From the NCBI GenBank assembly GCA_001662655.1, contig KV460244.1: a stretch of DNA of 64,000 bases. The stretch is one strand, 5' to 3'. The notes below the pieces were generated by a model, which worked only from the letters and a program-made list of their open reading frames with translations, was not told the origin of the DNA and did no database searches. Of the stretch, positions 1 through 12,362 are shown in pieces. Position 1 is the first letter of the stretch. Each line of letters begins with the position of its first letter. This DNA comes from Pseudogymnoascus verrucosus. Taxonomy: Eukaryota. Position numbers and translations under genes: made by a program.

Positions 1-485
1 TGACAAGAGATTCGCTTTGAGAGTTATTCGATGAACATGAGCGAGTAATGGGTCCCAAGACATAAACGAATACATATTGGTATGGAAGACTAGCTGAAAT
101 GGCGGTATTTTTCATTTTAGTATATGAAAAACCAGATTGGTAAACCAGCTTTTGTATGTCTCATACGAAACATGTCTAGCTCTCAAACGGCTTCAATCGC
201 GGAAGGGGTCAAGACACTGTGGCATTTATCGCATCATAGTTAAAGATCCTGTAATAAGTCACAAGGCATAAAGATGCGACTAGCTACACCATCGACGTAC
301 TCTGCTTGGGACTAGTGGTGGTACTCAAACTTCTATCGGAGATTTATGTACTGTAACCCCTCAAGAGACTGCAACTGCTGATCCACAAAGACGAGAAAAA
401 TGACCATTTGTATTACTTCATATTCGTTTGCGTGACATCATTATACTATATACTGCCCATGTTCTGTTTTAGCTATACTCACTGC

Positions 486-2473
486 CTATGCCCCCATATC
501 TCCCATTGGTATTTTCTCACCACCTGCGGTGTCCTTTTTCACTTTTACGCTCAGCCACTCTACAGTCAGCGCGGGTAAAAGAGCCAAGACAGATGCCACC
601 GTGACGACAAAGAAAGTGGCAACTAGAGCATCATTAAACGCCTTGAGAACACCATCCACCTGCGCTGGTGGCACGATCCTCCTTAAATCCGTTGCTCCAA
701 CATCAACGATTGCTTTGATGTCCACGCCTGGAATAGCCGACAAGGTGTGTACAAGCCGGTTCTGAAAGATGCTTTGTGCAATTGGGACAAAGACTGAACC
801 CGACAGCTGCTGTGCAAACATCATTAGAGCCGAACCGATCGCGATATCCTTTCGTGATAATACTCTCTGCGCTGCTACACTGGGCTGCTGCATGCAAATC
901 CCGCAGCCGAGACCAAATATGATCTGGTATCCGATCCACTGGCTAGGGGGGGTATTCACATGGAAGGTGGTAAGTAGTCCAGCACCAGCTGCCATGATGG
1001 GTGGACCAGCAAGCATGAACGGAGCATAGTATCCGAAGCGCGACACGGAACCGCCTCCTACTATCGCCCCAAATGAGGTTGCGAAGAGGAGGGGGATGGT
1101 GTCAATGCCGGATTGGACGGCGCTGACGCCCTTGACAGACTGAAAGTAAATGGCGAGGTAGAGAACGCACACAATCAGGCTCGCGCCAACGCAAAGAGAA
1201 AAGCAGAACCCAGAGGCCACGGAGCGCTTCTTGATGATTCGCGGAGGTACTGTAGCGCCGTCCTGGAGCCAGATTTGAACGCAAACGAATGCTATAATCA
1301 GGAGCACACCAACGACGAAGAGGGCGATGATCCTGCCATCATTCCACGGGTACTGATTTCCACCCCATTGCAGGGCAAGTAGGATACAGGAAATTCCAGG
1401 GATGAAACAGATCGTGCCCACTGGATCAAGCTGCCATAACTTCTTCTTCAAACTTGTTTCCGCCGCAGCGGGTGCGGGCAACTTCAGGACAACTGCCAAA
1501 ACAGCCATGGCGACGCCACCAATTGCTATGAATGGTAAGCTTTTGCTTTGCTATAGTTACTACACACGGGGGAACGAACGAAGATTCACATAGAAACACC
1601 AACGCCAACTGATTCCGTCGGTCAAGGCGCCACCAAGCAATGGTCCGATAATAGATGCCACAGCGAAAACACCCCCAAAAAGCCCCATCGCCATCGGACG
1701 CTTCTGGAGTGGGAGCACGTGCTGCACGCCAACGACACACCCAGTGAAGATGCCAGCTGCTCCAAGCCCGGCAATAGCACGTCCAACGATCAATGTCTTT
1801 GAGCTGAGTGCAACACCACAAATTAGGTTCCCGGTTTCAAACAGGCCCATGGCGCCTAGCAAGAGCCATTTGGGCGAGTAGAAGGTGTAGATCTTGCCAA
1901 AGAGAAGGATGGGGGCAGATCCTGCGAGCATGAAGGAGCTGGCATACCAGCCGACGTCACTGAGCGAGCGGAATTCGTCTGTAATCTTGGGTATGGCAGT
2001 GGCGATGATCATTCTGTCCTGGAAAGAGTTATCACCTGAGAACAGCAGCTGAGAACGGCGGCGAGACTTACCAGCGCGACGAGAAACATAGATACCAGGA
2101 GAGAGGCCATTATGAGAATAACCTGGCCCGTTGGAGGGTACACTCTATCTCTATCTTCGGCGAATGCGACGTCCGCTGGGTTAGGTAGAGGTAAAGGGTC
2201 ACGACTGTTCCCAGTATATAGTTCAATGCGGTCAGACCCAGAGATACTGTCGCGCGCTGTATAGCTTGCGCCAGATGTGGTGTTCTCGGGACCTTTGCCC
2301 ATTCCTTCACGCGTTTCGAAGCTTACGCCAGCCATGAAGTTCTCAGGGAATTTCTCCATCCTTTCACGCGTTTCATAGCTCGGACCCGCCACAAAGTTCT
2401 CTGGGGATTTATCTACCCTTTCATGCGTCTCGTGGCTTGCACCAGTCATGGCGGTTTCCGAGGTTTTATCCAT
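486..2473 (-). CDS. MFS drug:H+ antiporter (DHA2, 14-TMS; fungal toxin-efflux type), 3 exons
   Basis: ATG at 2473 (MDKTSET); GT-AG introns 2071-2019 and 1579-1526 join three ORFs into FLVALDRMIIATAIPKITDEF...WYASSFML...GRAIAGLGAAG...[27 protein letters not shown]..., a typical DHA2 motif series; stop at 486. Confidence 0.92.
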
Positions 2474-3200
2474 TCTTATGGTAGTTATTGCAGGCCGATC
2501 ATACAAAGGGATTGTTGGCATGAGAAACGGCGTGAGAAAATGTATGAAGAAACAGAAGGCGCGCCCCAGAGTAAACAGATCAAGTCGCATCAATTGACTG
2601 CTGTAATACAATCCGCGACGCGAACATAATGAAAGAGGGGAAGATAACTGTTTTTGTATACGTGTATAATATGTGTATATGTCAGTTATCGACGATCGTG
2701 TAGCAACCTACAACGCCTGTGAGACATCAAACTGACTCTGAGGTCCGTGGAGCCAATTAGCATCGCGCTGTCGTCCCGAATGTGAACCAACAACAACAAT
2801 CATCCACTCAGAATTTATTTGACCGACTGAGCTGTCAGATATCAAAGTCTAGAGTCATTAATTGATCAAAGCGCCACGGCTTAAGACATATATTTTACAA
2901 CTGGACGCGAGGGCTGTGACCACCAGTATTTGGTCTAATGACACAGCGACGGCGTAATCTTATATTGTACGGCATTGTGCACTGGGCCCTGTGGTATGGT
3001 GTTTTTGCGTGCATTTCCCGTGTCTGTCACATTCCCCAGACCATTCCTCCCTGCGGAAGTGAAAGAGTCGCACAGAAATGTAGTCTCACATCGCCCTCCT
3101 GAAGTATGCCGATCGCCATATCAAATATCCCGTGTCTTTACATCGGGGAATTGCTTGATTTCTGCCATTGTCGTGGCTTGCAGCCGTTCAATGCGTGGCT

Positions 3201-4646
3201 TCATACAAAGTCCACCACTCTACTCCAAGCTCCCTCCTCGCCCGCGCGCCTAAACTCCACGCCTTCGCCAAAGTATCCAGCACCCTGCCACGCGACCATT
3301 GTCGGCCCATCATATGGTCCCTGCTTGGCAGCTCCATCGCGGCCATCGATCCACCGATACTCCCACATCTTCGCTGGTCTGGCCCCACTCGGTTCTTCAG
3401 TATCTTCCGATGACGGCTCAACCCACGCGTCCCCTGTCTCTCGACCGTACTGTCGAATGAGCATCTCGCGTTCCTGTTCGTAGATGTCTGTTTGACCACG
3501 TGTAAGAAGTTGGTCTGCGGCTCCCGTGATGGCGTTTATAGAATCCCTGATCTTTACTTGAGCAGGGTCTTCAGCAGGCTTCTCCGCGTCGACGTCCATT
3601 CCATCATCGCCCTGCTTCTGCTTCTTGAGCTTCCACTTGGGAATCTTCTTGACCTTCGTTTGGCCCTTTCCTAACCTAGCCAGCGCCTCCAACACTGACT
3701 CGCCCTTCTCTAGCTGTAAAATAAGCGTCCGTAGTATGTCGGAGGTGAGCATAGCATCGTCGTCTAGTCGCTGCTGCCGCCTCTCTGCCTCGCGTTTCTC
3801 GTGCGCCTCGGCAGCCCGCTTCATATCCTTCTTGCTCACTCCCTCCAGCCACGTATCATGAGCCGCGTCTGGGTCCCCAGCTTTCCTCACGTAGTTCCCA
3901 GCCGCATCGAAGCGACCCTCCTCTTGTTCTGCTTTCATATTAAATGCGTCTACCCTGGGAGCGTTCCTCTTGAGGCCACCCGCACCCACCTCCTCGTCCA
4001 CGCCCTCTTCTTCGGCAGCCAGAGCCGCATCGTCCTCGTCGTCGCTGCTCTCCCGGTCATCCATCGCATGTGTTGATAGCTTTCCTTTTGGGTCCAAAGC
4101 GAAATTGCCGGATATATGACCTCCACTCTTGCTCGCGTCCACCTGGCCCTCAATCTCGTCCTCCTCCAAGAACCGCACGCCCTTGGATTTCCTCACGTTA
4201 TCCCCCCCCTCCGCACCTTCCTCGCCGGCTTCATCCTCCTCTCCGCCGAACATGTCATCATCCTCGTCATCCTCGTCCTTTGTATGTGCGCCTGCTCTCG
4301 AGCTTCCGTTTTTTTCGTAGCTGTCTAGCTGTTCGAATAGATTGACGTCGCCACCTTTGCCCCTCCCGCGCTCCTCCGCACGCGCATCGAAGCCCTCGTT
4401 TTCTGAGTCGCTGTCGTAGCCATCGATGTTAACAGCATTGCGCTTCGTATGCGCGCCTCCACCAAGAACATCAGCGTCCAACACGGCATCGTCCTCGGGC
4501 GCATCAGGTGCTAATGCGGAGGGGTTGCGCAGATCGAATTTAGGCTTCTTTGGGGAAGGGCCGTCGGCGGTCTGTGGCTGCTGGAAGCGAGTGTATTCTT
4601 CGCCAGCGCGCTTTGGGCGCGCAGCATTAAATCGACTGGAGGACAT
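3201..4646 (-). CDS. LIN1: LIN1/CD2BP2 (U5-52K/Snu40)-like protein with C-terminal GYF domain
   Basis: Single 481-aa ORF with AFNMKAEQEEGRFDAAGNYVRK, LEKGESVLEALARLG and GYF motif WEYRW...GPYDGPTMVAWQGAGYF. Confidence 0.88.
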   Translation of the reverse strand: MSSSRFNAARPKRAGEEYTRFQQPQTADGPSPKKPKFDLRNPSALAPDAPEDDAVLDADVLGGGAHTKRNAVNIDGYDSDSENEGFDARAEERGRGKGGDVNLFEQLDSYEKNGSSRAGAHTKDEDDEDDDMFGGEEDEAGEEGAEGGDNVRKSKGVRFLEEDEIEGQVDASKSGGHISGNFALDPKGKLSTHAMDDRESSDDEDDAALAAEEEGVDEEVGAGGLKRNAPRVDAFNMKAEQEEGRFDAAGNYVRKAGDPDAAHDTWLEGVSKKDMKRAAEAHEKREAERRQQRLDDDAMLTSDILRTLILQLEKGESVLEALARLGKGQTKVKKIPKWKLKKQKQGDDGMDVDAEKPAEDPAQVKIRDSINAITGAADQLLTRGQTDIYEQEREMLIRQYGRETGDAWVEPSSEDTEEPSGARPAKMWEYRWIDGRDGAAKQGPYDGPTMVAWQGAGYFGEGVEFRRAGEEGAWSRVVDFV

Positions 4647-4965
4647 TGGGATATACTGGTAGGTCGAGGTTGAGGCACTGGAGATTGTGCTGTGGTCGTG
4701 GCCTTCGCTGTGTTGGGGTTTTGACTTTCGCCTCCTCCGAGCTACTACCTTGGAGCCGAAAGCTTAAATTCTTTAGGCCCAAAAGTTGCGAAACGTCATC
4801 CCGCTGTACCTCTGTAGCCTACGACACATCAAGTCACCCATTGCTTGCCATTATCTTCTCTGGGATTCACCATCACGCCGTCTTTGAATCCACATTCTCT
4901 TATATTCACTTTCGGGACACGTACAGCTTATATAATACTGAATCTACTCTCTACGACCTTCTACG

Positions 4966-6279
4966 ATGGTAAGCTTCTTCAGTCACCCCACCCCGCAGCT
5001 CCGATTCTTCGCCGCTGGAGTCGACTGACATCCACAGTTCAACCCCGACTTCTTCGACGCCAACGACCCGGCGCAGATGTACAACATGCTCCAGTCCGGA
5101 GCTATGCGTGGAGCGCCCGCGCGGCGCTTCGATGAGTACTATCGCTGCTATCCTACCGTCATGATGTCCGGGCCAAATCGCGACTACCTGAACTACGGAG
5201 GGAAGATAATTATGCCACCATCGGCACTGGACAAACTCACGAGGTTGCATATTACATATCCGATGCTGTTCGAGCTCATCAACAAGCCGAAGAAGGCACA
5301 AACACATGCCGGAGTGCTGGAGTTCGTGGCGGAGGAGGGGAAAGTGTATCTACCACAATGGGTGAGCATCCCACCCCCACTACCATCTCCCCAGTCGCCT
5401 TACTGACCCCAATAGATGATGAACACGCTACACCTCGAAGTCGGAGACCTAATCCAGATCAAATCCACAAACCTCGCAGACGCCAAGCTCGTCAAGTTAC
5501 AACCGCAATCCCCCACCTTCCTCGACATCAGCGACCCCAAAGCCGTCCTCGAGAACGCCTTCCGAAACTTCTCCACCCTCACCAAGGGCGACATCTTCAG
5601 CTTCCACTACAACGACACTGTCTACGACGTCGCCGTCCTAGAAGTCAAGCCCGAGAGCGACAAGATGGGCGTCAGCATGATCGAAACAGACGTCGAAGTC
5701 GACTTTGCCGCACCAGTCGGCTACGTCGAGCCCGAGCGGACAAAGGGCAGCGGCACCAGCACACCCCGCAGCACCAAGGGTGGCGTACCCGCCGGTGGCC
5801 TCCTCCACAACCAAGGCACAATGGCGCAGTCCATAAACTACGACGCCATCTCACCCAACTCCACCGCCGCCACATCAGGCGCCAAAGCGGTGTCCTCCAA
5901 CTTCCTCCTCGGCGGACAGAAGCTGAATGCGAAGAAGGGTGGCAAAGCACCGACACCAAAACCATCAACACCAGTCGCGGGCGCATCGACGAACGCCCCC
6001 GAGGCCGCAGCCGCGATCGCGAGGTCGAGTGGCCCCCAACCTCTCCGCCTGCCGCCTAATAAGCTCTTCTTCGGATACGACATCAAGCCGCTAAAGACAG
6101 AGGAGGATCGCGAAAAGGAGAACGCAGACGCCATGCAACCCGCGTTCGCAGGGCAGGGACAAACGCTCCGCGGAGGCGTGAAGCGGAAGGGCGACAACAC
6201 AGAGGAGGCGAGCAAGGAGGAGGCACCCAAGAAACCGGAGCCGAGCGTGGGGCGGAGGCTGGACGGGAGGAAACCTTAG
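4966..6279 (+). CDS. UFD1: Ubiquitin fusion degradation protein Ufd1 (Cdc48 cofactor), 3 exons
   Basis: ATG-only exon 4966-4968, introns 4969-5037 and 5362-5415; RFDEYYRCYP, NYGGKIIMPPSALDKL, THAGVLEFVAEEG, LDISDPKAVLENAFRNFSTLT, ETDVEVDFAAPVGY, SHP-box-like FAGQGQTL. Confidence 0.95.
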
Positions 6280-7859
6280 GATTGAGTCCCCGGTGGGTGG
6301 GATTTGGAGATTTTCAAGTGGCGGGATTTGCTTTTGCGGGATAGGGATAGGGGTCAGGGATTGAGGTGTTGGGATGGGGAGGGATTGACGGACGGGCATA
6401 TGGCTGGTTTGGGAGTGATGATTGGGTTGTCTTTTTTAGTTGGGCAGGAAATACCAATCTTGTTATACATCATCCTTGGCTTGGTTGGTTGGTCTCGTCG
6501 AGGCTATTATCGTCATCTTGCTTGCTTGCTTGCTTGCTTGGTTTTAGCGAAGGAGTGTGTGTATGCTGGCGTATTATGCTAGTCAGCTCAACCAGGTAGT
6601 TGGAGCATCAAATCTCCGGCTTTTCGGAAACTATCATCATCATCAGTCTAGTAATATATCGAACTATGTCACAAGCTTGTTATAGATCCATAACATTCGC
6701 CTACTCTCGCCTACCCTCGCCAACTTTGACAAATCTAAACCCGAAATTACTCAACTCCCCACCCTCACCTCACTCAGCCCAGTTAGTCGTCGAGTCGTCC
6801 CCCCTTCAAGCCTCAAGATCTCCAATCCCACCAAACCACCCTAGCCCCCCTACCCCCCACCCCACCCCGGAACAACCTTCCGCCCGCCGCGCCTGAGACC
6901 TTCGCCTCAACCCCTGCAACTTTACAACATGCACGCACCACCACCACCCATCCCAACTCCACCCATACATCCACCCACCCACAAAAACCATCCACCACAA
7001 CATCCACACAACCCGCCCCGCCCCAACCGCCCGGCCCCTTCCCCGCTCCCCGACCCTGCTGCATCGGGAGGACACACCGCACTGAACGGATGCGCGCAGG
7101 TGTGGTGGTACACATATATGGGAGGTGATGGAGGGGGTTATGGTGGGCGGGACGGTGCGGCGGTGGCGGTGGTTTTGTGCGACGGGTAGGTGTGGGATTG
7201 GGAGAGCGGTGTGGCAGTGGAGGTGGTGGTGGTAGTGGGATGGGATGGGATGGTGGTGAGGCGGATTTTATAGAAAAATGAATGCAAGATAATACTTTGG
7301 GTTTGTATGATACGATTAATCACAGGAGCTTGAGAGTGAAAGTGGACGTAGGTTTGATGTACTGTATCTCCATTGAACGCGCGTGCTGATCTATACCATC
7401 CCATCCTCCTCTGGCCGTGTATACCGATCTGTTTCTCATCCACCATCATCATCATTTAGTAGTATATCTATTTCCCAGGCCTGGTATATTAACTCCCCCC
7501 ATCCATCCATCCATAAACACCACCCTGAGTGTATGGCCATTCATTATACCTCATATCTCCAATCGTAAAAACGTAGAAAGCAAAAAAGAGACAGAAACGA
7601 AAAGGGAGAACAGACACTAGTTGTAAAAATCAAATATAAACTCCATTCTCAGCTTTTTTTCTTCGTCTGGCAGTAACTCCTAGCCACTTCTCAGAGAGCA
7701 ACCATCACTGGGAAGTGGGTGAAAATCGAGGGTCCGTAATAACGAAAGGCATCATGCCAAACCGTGAAATGAAACCGATCAGACGTAAAGACTAGACCTA
7801 GACCTCGTTAGTTCTCATCATTCTCATACACTCAAACGTAGTGGAGACGAAAAAACAAC

Positions 7860-8768
7860 TTACTCCTCATCCAAGTCCACAAACTCCTCCTCGCCGCTCA
7901 GAGACTCCATCTTGAACTGAGCCGCAGTCTGGCCTCCGAACGCAATGCCATTGATCTCCTTGAAGCCGCCATTCTCCTGATCCTCCTTGACTACGTCGCG
8001 CTTCCTCTTCTTGCTCGGCGTGGCAAAGTCCTCAGCCTCCTCGTCATCGACATTGTTGTCCAACTGCTTGGGCTTGCGCGAGGCGGGGGTTTTGGGCGTC
8101 TTTGGGGTTCTGGGCGTGCTGGGGACGCTGCCATTGGCGCCGGTGTTGGAGGCTTTGCGGAGCTTTTGGAAGTGCTGGCTGGGAGGTGTTAGTTGGTTGT
8201 AATGTGGATTGCGGGATAATAAATTCGGGGACTATGTGCAGGGTAAAAAGGTTTAGACGTAGTGAGGCTGATAACTGTGGGGACTTTGCGTGGAGAGAGG
8301 TGGGAAGAGAGCTGCGTGGGGCTGGAGAGATCAAACGCGAAGAGAGAACAGTGATAAATCAGACAGTTTCCATAAAACAGAACTGCTGGGGAGAAAACAC
8401 GAAGAGGGGACAGCGATAAATCAGAGAGTTTCCATAAAACAGAACTGCTGATTTTAATTTGCATAAAAGAAAGGTAGGCTGCTGATGAAGATAGTGCTAT
8501 GGTAAAAGTCGGTCTCAGATCGAACTACAGCGCTGATAGACGTGCAGTTATAGTGAAACCACATATAAAAGTGGTGAAATTATGCTGAAGACAGATGAAG
8601 GAACGACAAAATAACATACCGACAGCCTTCATGAGAGAAGGAGTAGTTCTCGTTCTTGGTGGCCATCTTGGCAGCGATAACGCGCCAGTCCAGACCCTGG
8701 AGCTTGTTCTCGTCGATGATGGCGAGCAGGAGGTCGCGGTCAGCTTCAGGAGTCCATGGAGAAGGCAT
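7860..8768 (-). CDS. Array gene A: small SANT/Myb-like domain protein (~155 aa), 2 exons
   Basis: Exon 8768-8620 (MPSPWTPEADRDLLLAIIDENKLQGLDWRVIAAKM...SHEGCR), intron 8619-8179 (GTATGT...CTAAC...CAG), exon 8178-7860 (QHFQKLRK...TPRTPKTPKTPASRK...EEEFVDLDEE*); splice keeps the frame (468 nt). Confidence 0.82.
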
Positions 8769-11471
8769 GGTGATGATGATTGTGAATTAGTTTGCAGTGG
8801 TTGTTTGTGAGTGAGAGTAATGCAGCGAGGCAAATTGCAGGTGCTTTGAGGTTTGAGGGAGTAGATGTAGGTGGAAGGTTGCAGTTGTGGTTGTGGTTGA
8901 TGGAGGGGCTGGTTGTAGGGTGTGAGGCGGGGTGATAAAGAAGAACGCGGAGGCTGGTAAAGTGCGAAGGGAGGACGGTGGCAGTGGCAGGCAGTATCTG
9001 GGACGAACGAAAGATACTTGGTAAAGTGCGTGCAGATGTGAAGGGACGCGTCGCGGGGGGATGGAGGAGGGGAGGATGGCAAGGGATAGATGACGAGCAA
9101 AGAGCGGTAGGAGATGCCTTGTATGGGGAGAATACATCAACTTACTCGATATACTTACTACACTACAGGTCTAGTTTCTACTAAGTTGCAGCAGAGTGTC
9201 TCACCAGTCGCTATCAAGCAGATGCAAAAGTGATATTAACAAGGAAGCTATCTCCTGAAAAGCCTCTGACCGCCGGCCACTGAGCCAATGGCGGTGAGGA
9301 CATGTTTGGGGGATGATGGGATGCTTCTCTCGCGGGGCGTCGTTGAGCGCCCTGGTCGGCGTCAACAATGCGCCAGTGGTGAGTCAGTGTGGCTGATCGA
9401 CGAGGATGCCTGTAGGATGCCTGTAGGCTCCTTCTAGGTGGTTGCAGGGCTGCTTCCAGGTGGTTGAAAGGTGAGAGGTGCAAAGATGGGCGCAAGATAT
9501 GATATGAGGGGATTGGACAATGGACGAAGAGGATGGGTGGACGACGACGGCCCTTATGCAGGCACTGATACACTGACTAATGCAGGAAGATGCAGGAGGA
9601 TTGTATCTGTAGTACAGTCTTCCCCCGCATGGTTGTCGGTATGTGGCATAGTCTGGATAGTATGCATACTATCCAGACTATTCGCATGTCGATTCCCGTA
9701 GATTTGCCCCCAGTTTGTACAGGAACATGGTCTTTCCGTGGTGATGGTTCGTGGTGGTTCGCTGTGGTTCGTGATGATGTTGTACGTGCCCCGCTGCTGC
9801 CTGATGTCTACCTGATTTGTTTTGGTTTCTTCCCTGCAAGACCGTAACAAGAGGCGCATATGATCCATGCATTTGGGTTCTATTCTCCGAAATAATAGCA
9901 GGGCGAGAACGAACTAGGTAATACCTGCATAGTGTGTCCAGTAATGTATGGTATCTGATAGTAGTGTGATAGTATTTTCCCGGCATTTCCTGCGCCGACC
10001 CGGCGAGCTGGGTTGTTACTCCTCTCTGTCCAGGGGGAACGTCGTCCCAGCCACCGGGAACGGGGCGGGATATCCGGCTGAACTATATTACACCGCACTA
10101 TAGCACTATAGCACCCTTGTTTACAGTAACAGTACTATAATACCTCGTATGTAAAATGCCTGTAAGATGCCTGTAAAATGCGGCCATCACTTTGTTTCGC
10201 CAAGCTGGGGACGCCATGAAATGTGATAGCTATGTGATAGCTATGAGACAGCTATCTTTGCGCATTAAATTCGGGAGATTAACTAGATAATCAAGGCTGC
10301 ATAACACATTCCCACACAACATATTATATAGCCATCGTAAATATAGCTCGCCCGGAGAAATACAGCCTCACCTCAGTCGGAGAAGAGAGGAGAAAGGGAG
10401 AAAAGGGGGAAACAAAATCATGGGGCTGGGGAGAAAACATCTCCAAGCGATAGGCGAAGGGACATGCACGTATGGATGGAGTACTTGTCTAACCCCGGCA
10501 GTCCCTGCCACTAGCCATGTAACTACCACTACCAGCGGCACTAACACACACCCATGTCGCTTAGCGCGCTTGTCAATCTGCGCAATCAATCCCCATCCAT
10601 CTCTCCCATCCATGTACTCTCCCTCCACCTCCTCCCACCTCGCTCCTTCCATCTCCATGCTCCATATCCATGCCTCATATCCATACCTCATATCCATGCC
10701 CCATATCCATATCCATATCTCATATCCATACCTCATATCCCTCCCCCCATCTCCCTCTCTACCAAACGAACACCTATCACCGCCACCATCAATCGCCGAA
10801 ACCATCTCCACTCCCTTACCACTTACATTCAAACCCCCACCATTCCTCGCTATGGACATATCCCTCACTCCCTCCCTCCATCCTCACCTCCCCTCCCCCT
10901 TTCCTCCTCCTCCACCCTGCCAAACCCCGTCCTTTCACCCCACGCCAAACCCTTCTGCAACCATCCGATGCTCCTCACCCCCCATTCGCTAATCTTCATT
11001 CATGCATCGCTCCGCTCCCTAGCCCCTCTGCTTCGATCCCGGGACGTCCCCGCGGGACCCCTTCCCTCTCTTCCCTCCACCAAACCCCCTGGCGAACCCT
11101 GCCGATCTCCGCCCGCCCCATGCCGCCCAGCTAGACATGCCATCGTGAACGAGAGACAGATCCCCCACCCGATCCCCCCACCATGCTTGCCCTGCGCCGT
11201 GCCAGCAAACCCGACCCACGCTCTCCCTTTCACCATCTTTCACATATCAACAGCAGCCTCCTCCCATCCTGTCGTGACCCTCCCCCACTCATGGACATTC
11301 TCACTTTGCTGAACTTTCTTCCTCAAAATCTGCACCACCTGAACATCCCGCCCACCGCCGCAGAACTTACACCGCATACGCTCGATCGACACTTTACGCT
11401 ACAAACCAACCCCACCACCCCTTGCGTCCAACCCCAAATCCATCACCCTGGCATCCCTACGACGTTCCACC

Positions 11472-12362
11472 ATGCCGAGTGAGGCACAGATGGCGAAGTT
11501 CATGTACTACATCGTCAAGCAGCTCGATGTGCGGAGTGTAAGTTTTTCCCCTCACCCCACTCCAAAAAAAAGACAGACACTAACACATCACCAGGTCGAC
11601 TGGAACCTCGTCGCGAGCGACATGGAAATCACCAACGGCCACGCGGCCCGCATGCGCTTCGCCCGCTTCAAGAACCAGATGGAAGGCACAGTCCCCAAAG
11701 CCCGCGCGCCCCGCGACAAATCCCGCGCCCCAAAAGCCAAGCGCGTCAAGACCAAGGACGAGAAGAAGGAGGAGGACGGCGGCGAGAAGGCCTTGCTGAA
11801 ATTGAAACTTGAAGAGGGTGCCGCCGCCGATTCGGCTCCTGCCTCAGGGGAGCCCGCGGAACAAGCTCTGGCCAGGTCGCCGGCAGTCAAGCCAGAGCCA
11901 GCGGACGACGTCGTGCTCGGGGATGCGGATGCGCCAGGTGAGGCGGTCAACGAGAGCGAACTCCCAAAACAAACCACGCACATGTCTCACACACCCTCTC
12001 ACTCGCCGCCGAACTCGACCAACCCGACGCCATCACATTCCCTCGCAACTCCCACGCACCTCCACGGATCGCCCTACCACCACCTCTTACCAGAGCCACG
12101 TCGGTCCTCTGTCAACTACTCGCCCGCCTCCAGCTACACCTTCTCCCCGCACGAGATAATGTCCTCCCAGGGCAGCATGTTCATGCAGTCCATGGAGGGT
12201 GTGGGGTCGCAGGATATGGGGATGGCGCCGACAGCCGCATTTTATGATCCATTCCTGTATGTGTTGCCTCAGTCACATCAGCAGCAGCAGCAGCAGACGC
12301 TGGTGGATGCGCAGGGGAGACTGGTGAAGGGCGAGCTTCAGTGGGATACGTCGTTTTGTTGA
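11472..12362 (+). CDS. Array gene B: Myb-like domain protein (~277 aa), 2 exons
   Basis: Exon 11472-11537, intron 11538-11594 (GTAAGT...CTAAC...CAG), exon 11595-12362; spliced KFMYYIVKQLDVRS^VDWNLVASDMEITNGHAARMRFARFKNQMEG, then a basic and a S/P/H/Q-rich tail. Confidence 0.85.
   Translation: MPSEAQMAKFMYYIVKQLDVRSVSFSPHPTPKKRQTLTHHQVDWNLVASDMEITNGHAARMRFARFKNQMEGTVPKARAPRDKSRAPKAKRVKTKDEKKEEDGGEKALLKLKLEEGAAADSAPASGEPAEQALARSPAVKPEPADDVVLGDADAPGEAVNESELPKQTTHMSHTPSHSPPNSTNPTPSHSLATPTHLHGSPYHHLLPEPRRSSVNYSPASSYTFSPHEIMSSQGSMFMQSMEGVGSQDMGMAPTAAFYDPFLYVLPQSHQQQQQQTLVDAQGRLVKGELQWDTSFC

Noticed and set aside
10368..11312. Several long overlapping Pro/Ser/His-rich ORFs (150-250 aa)
   Set aside because: Products of C-rich low-complexity sequence upstream of gene B; open in several frames, no domain signal
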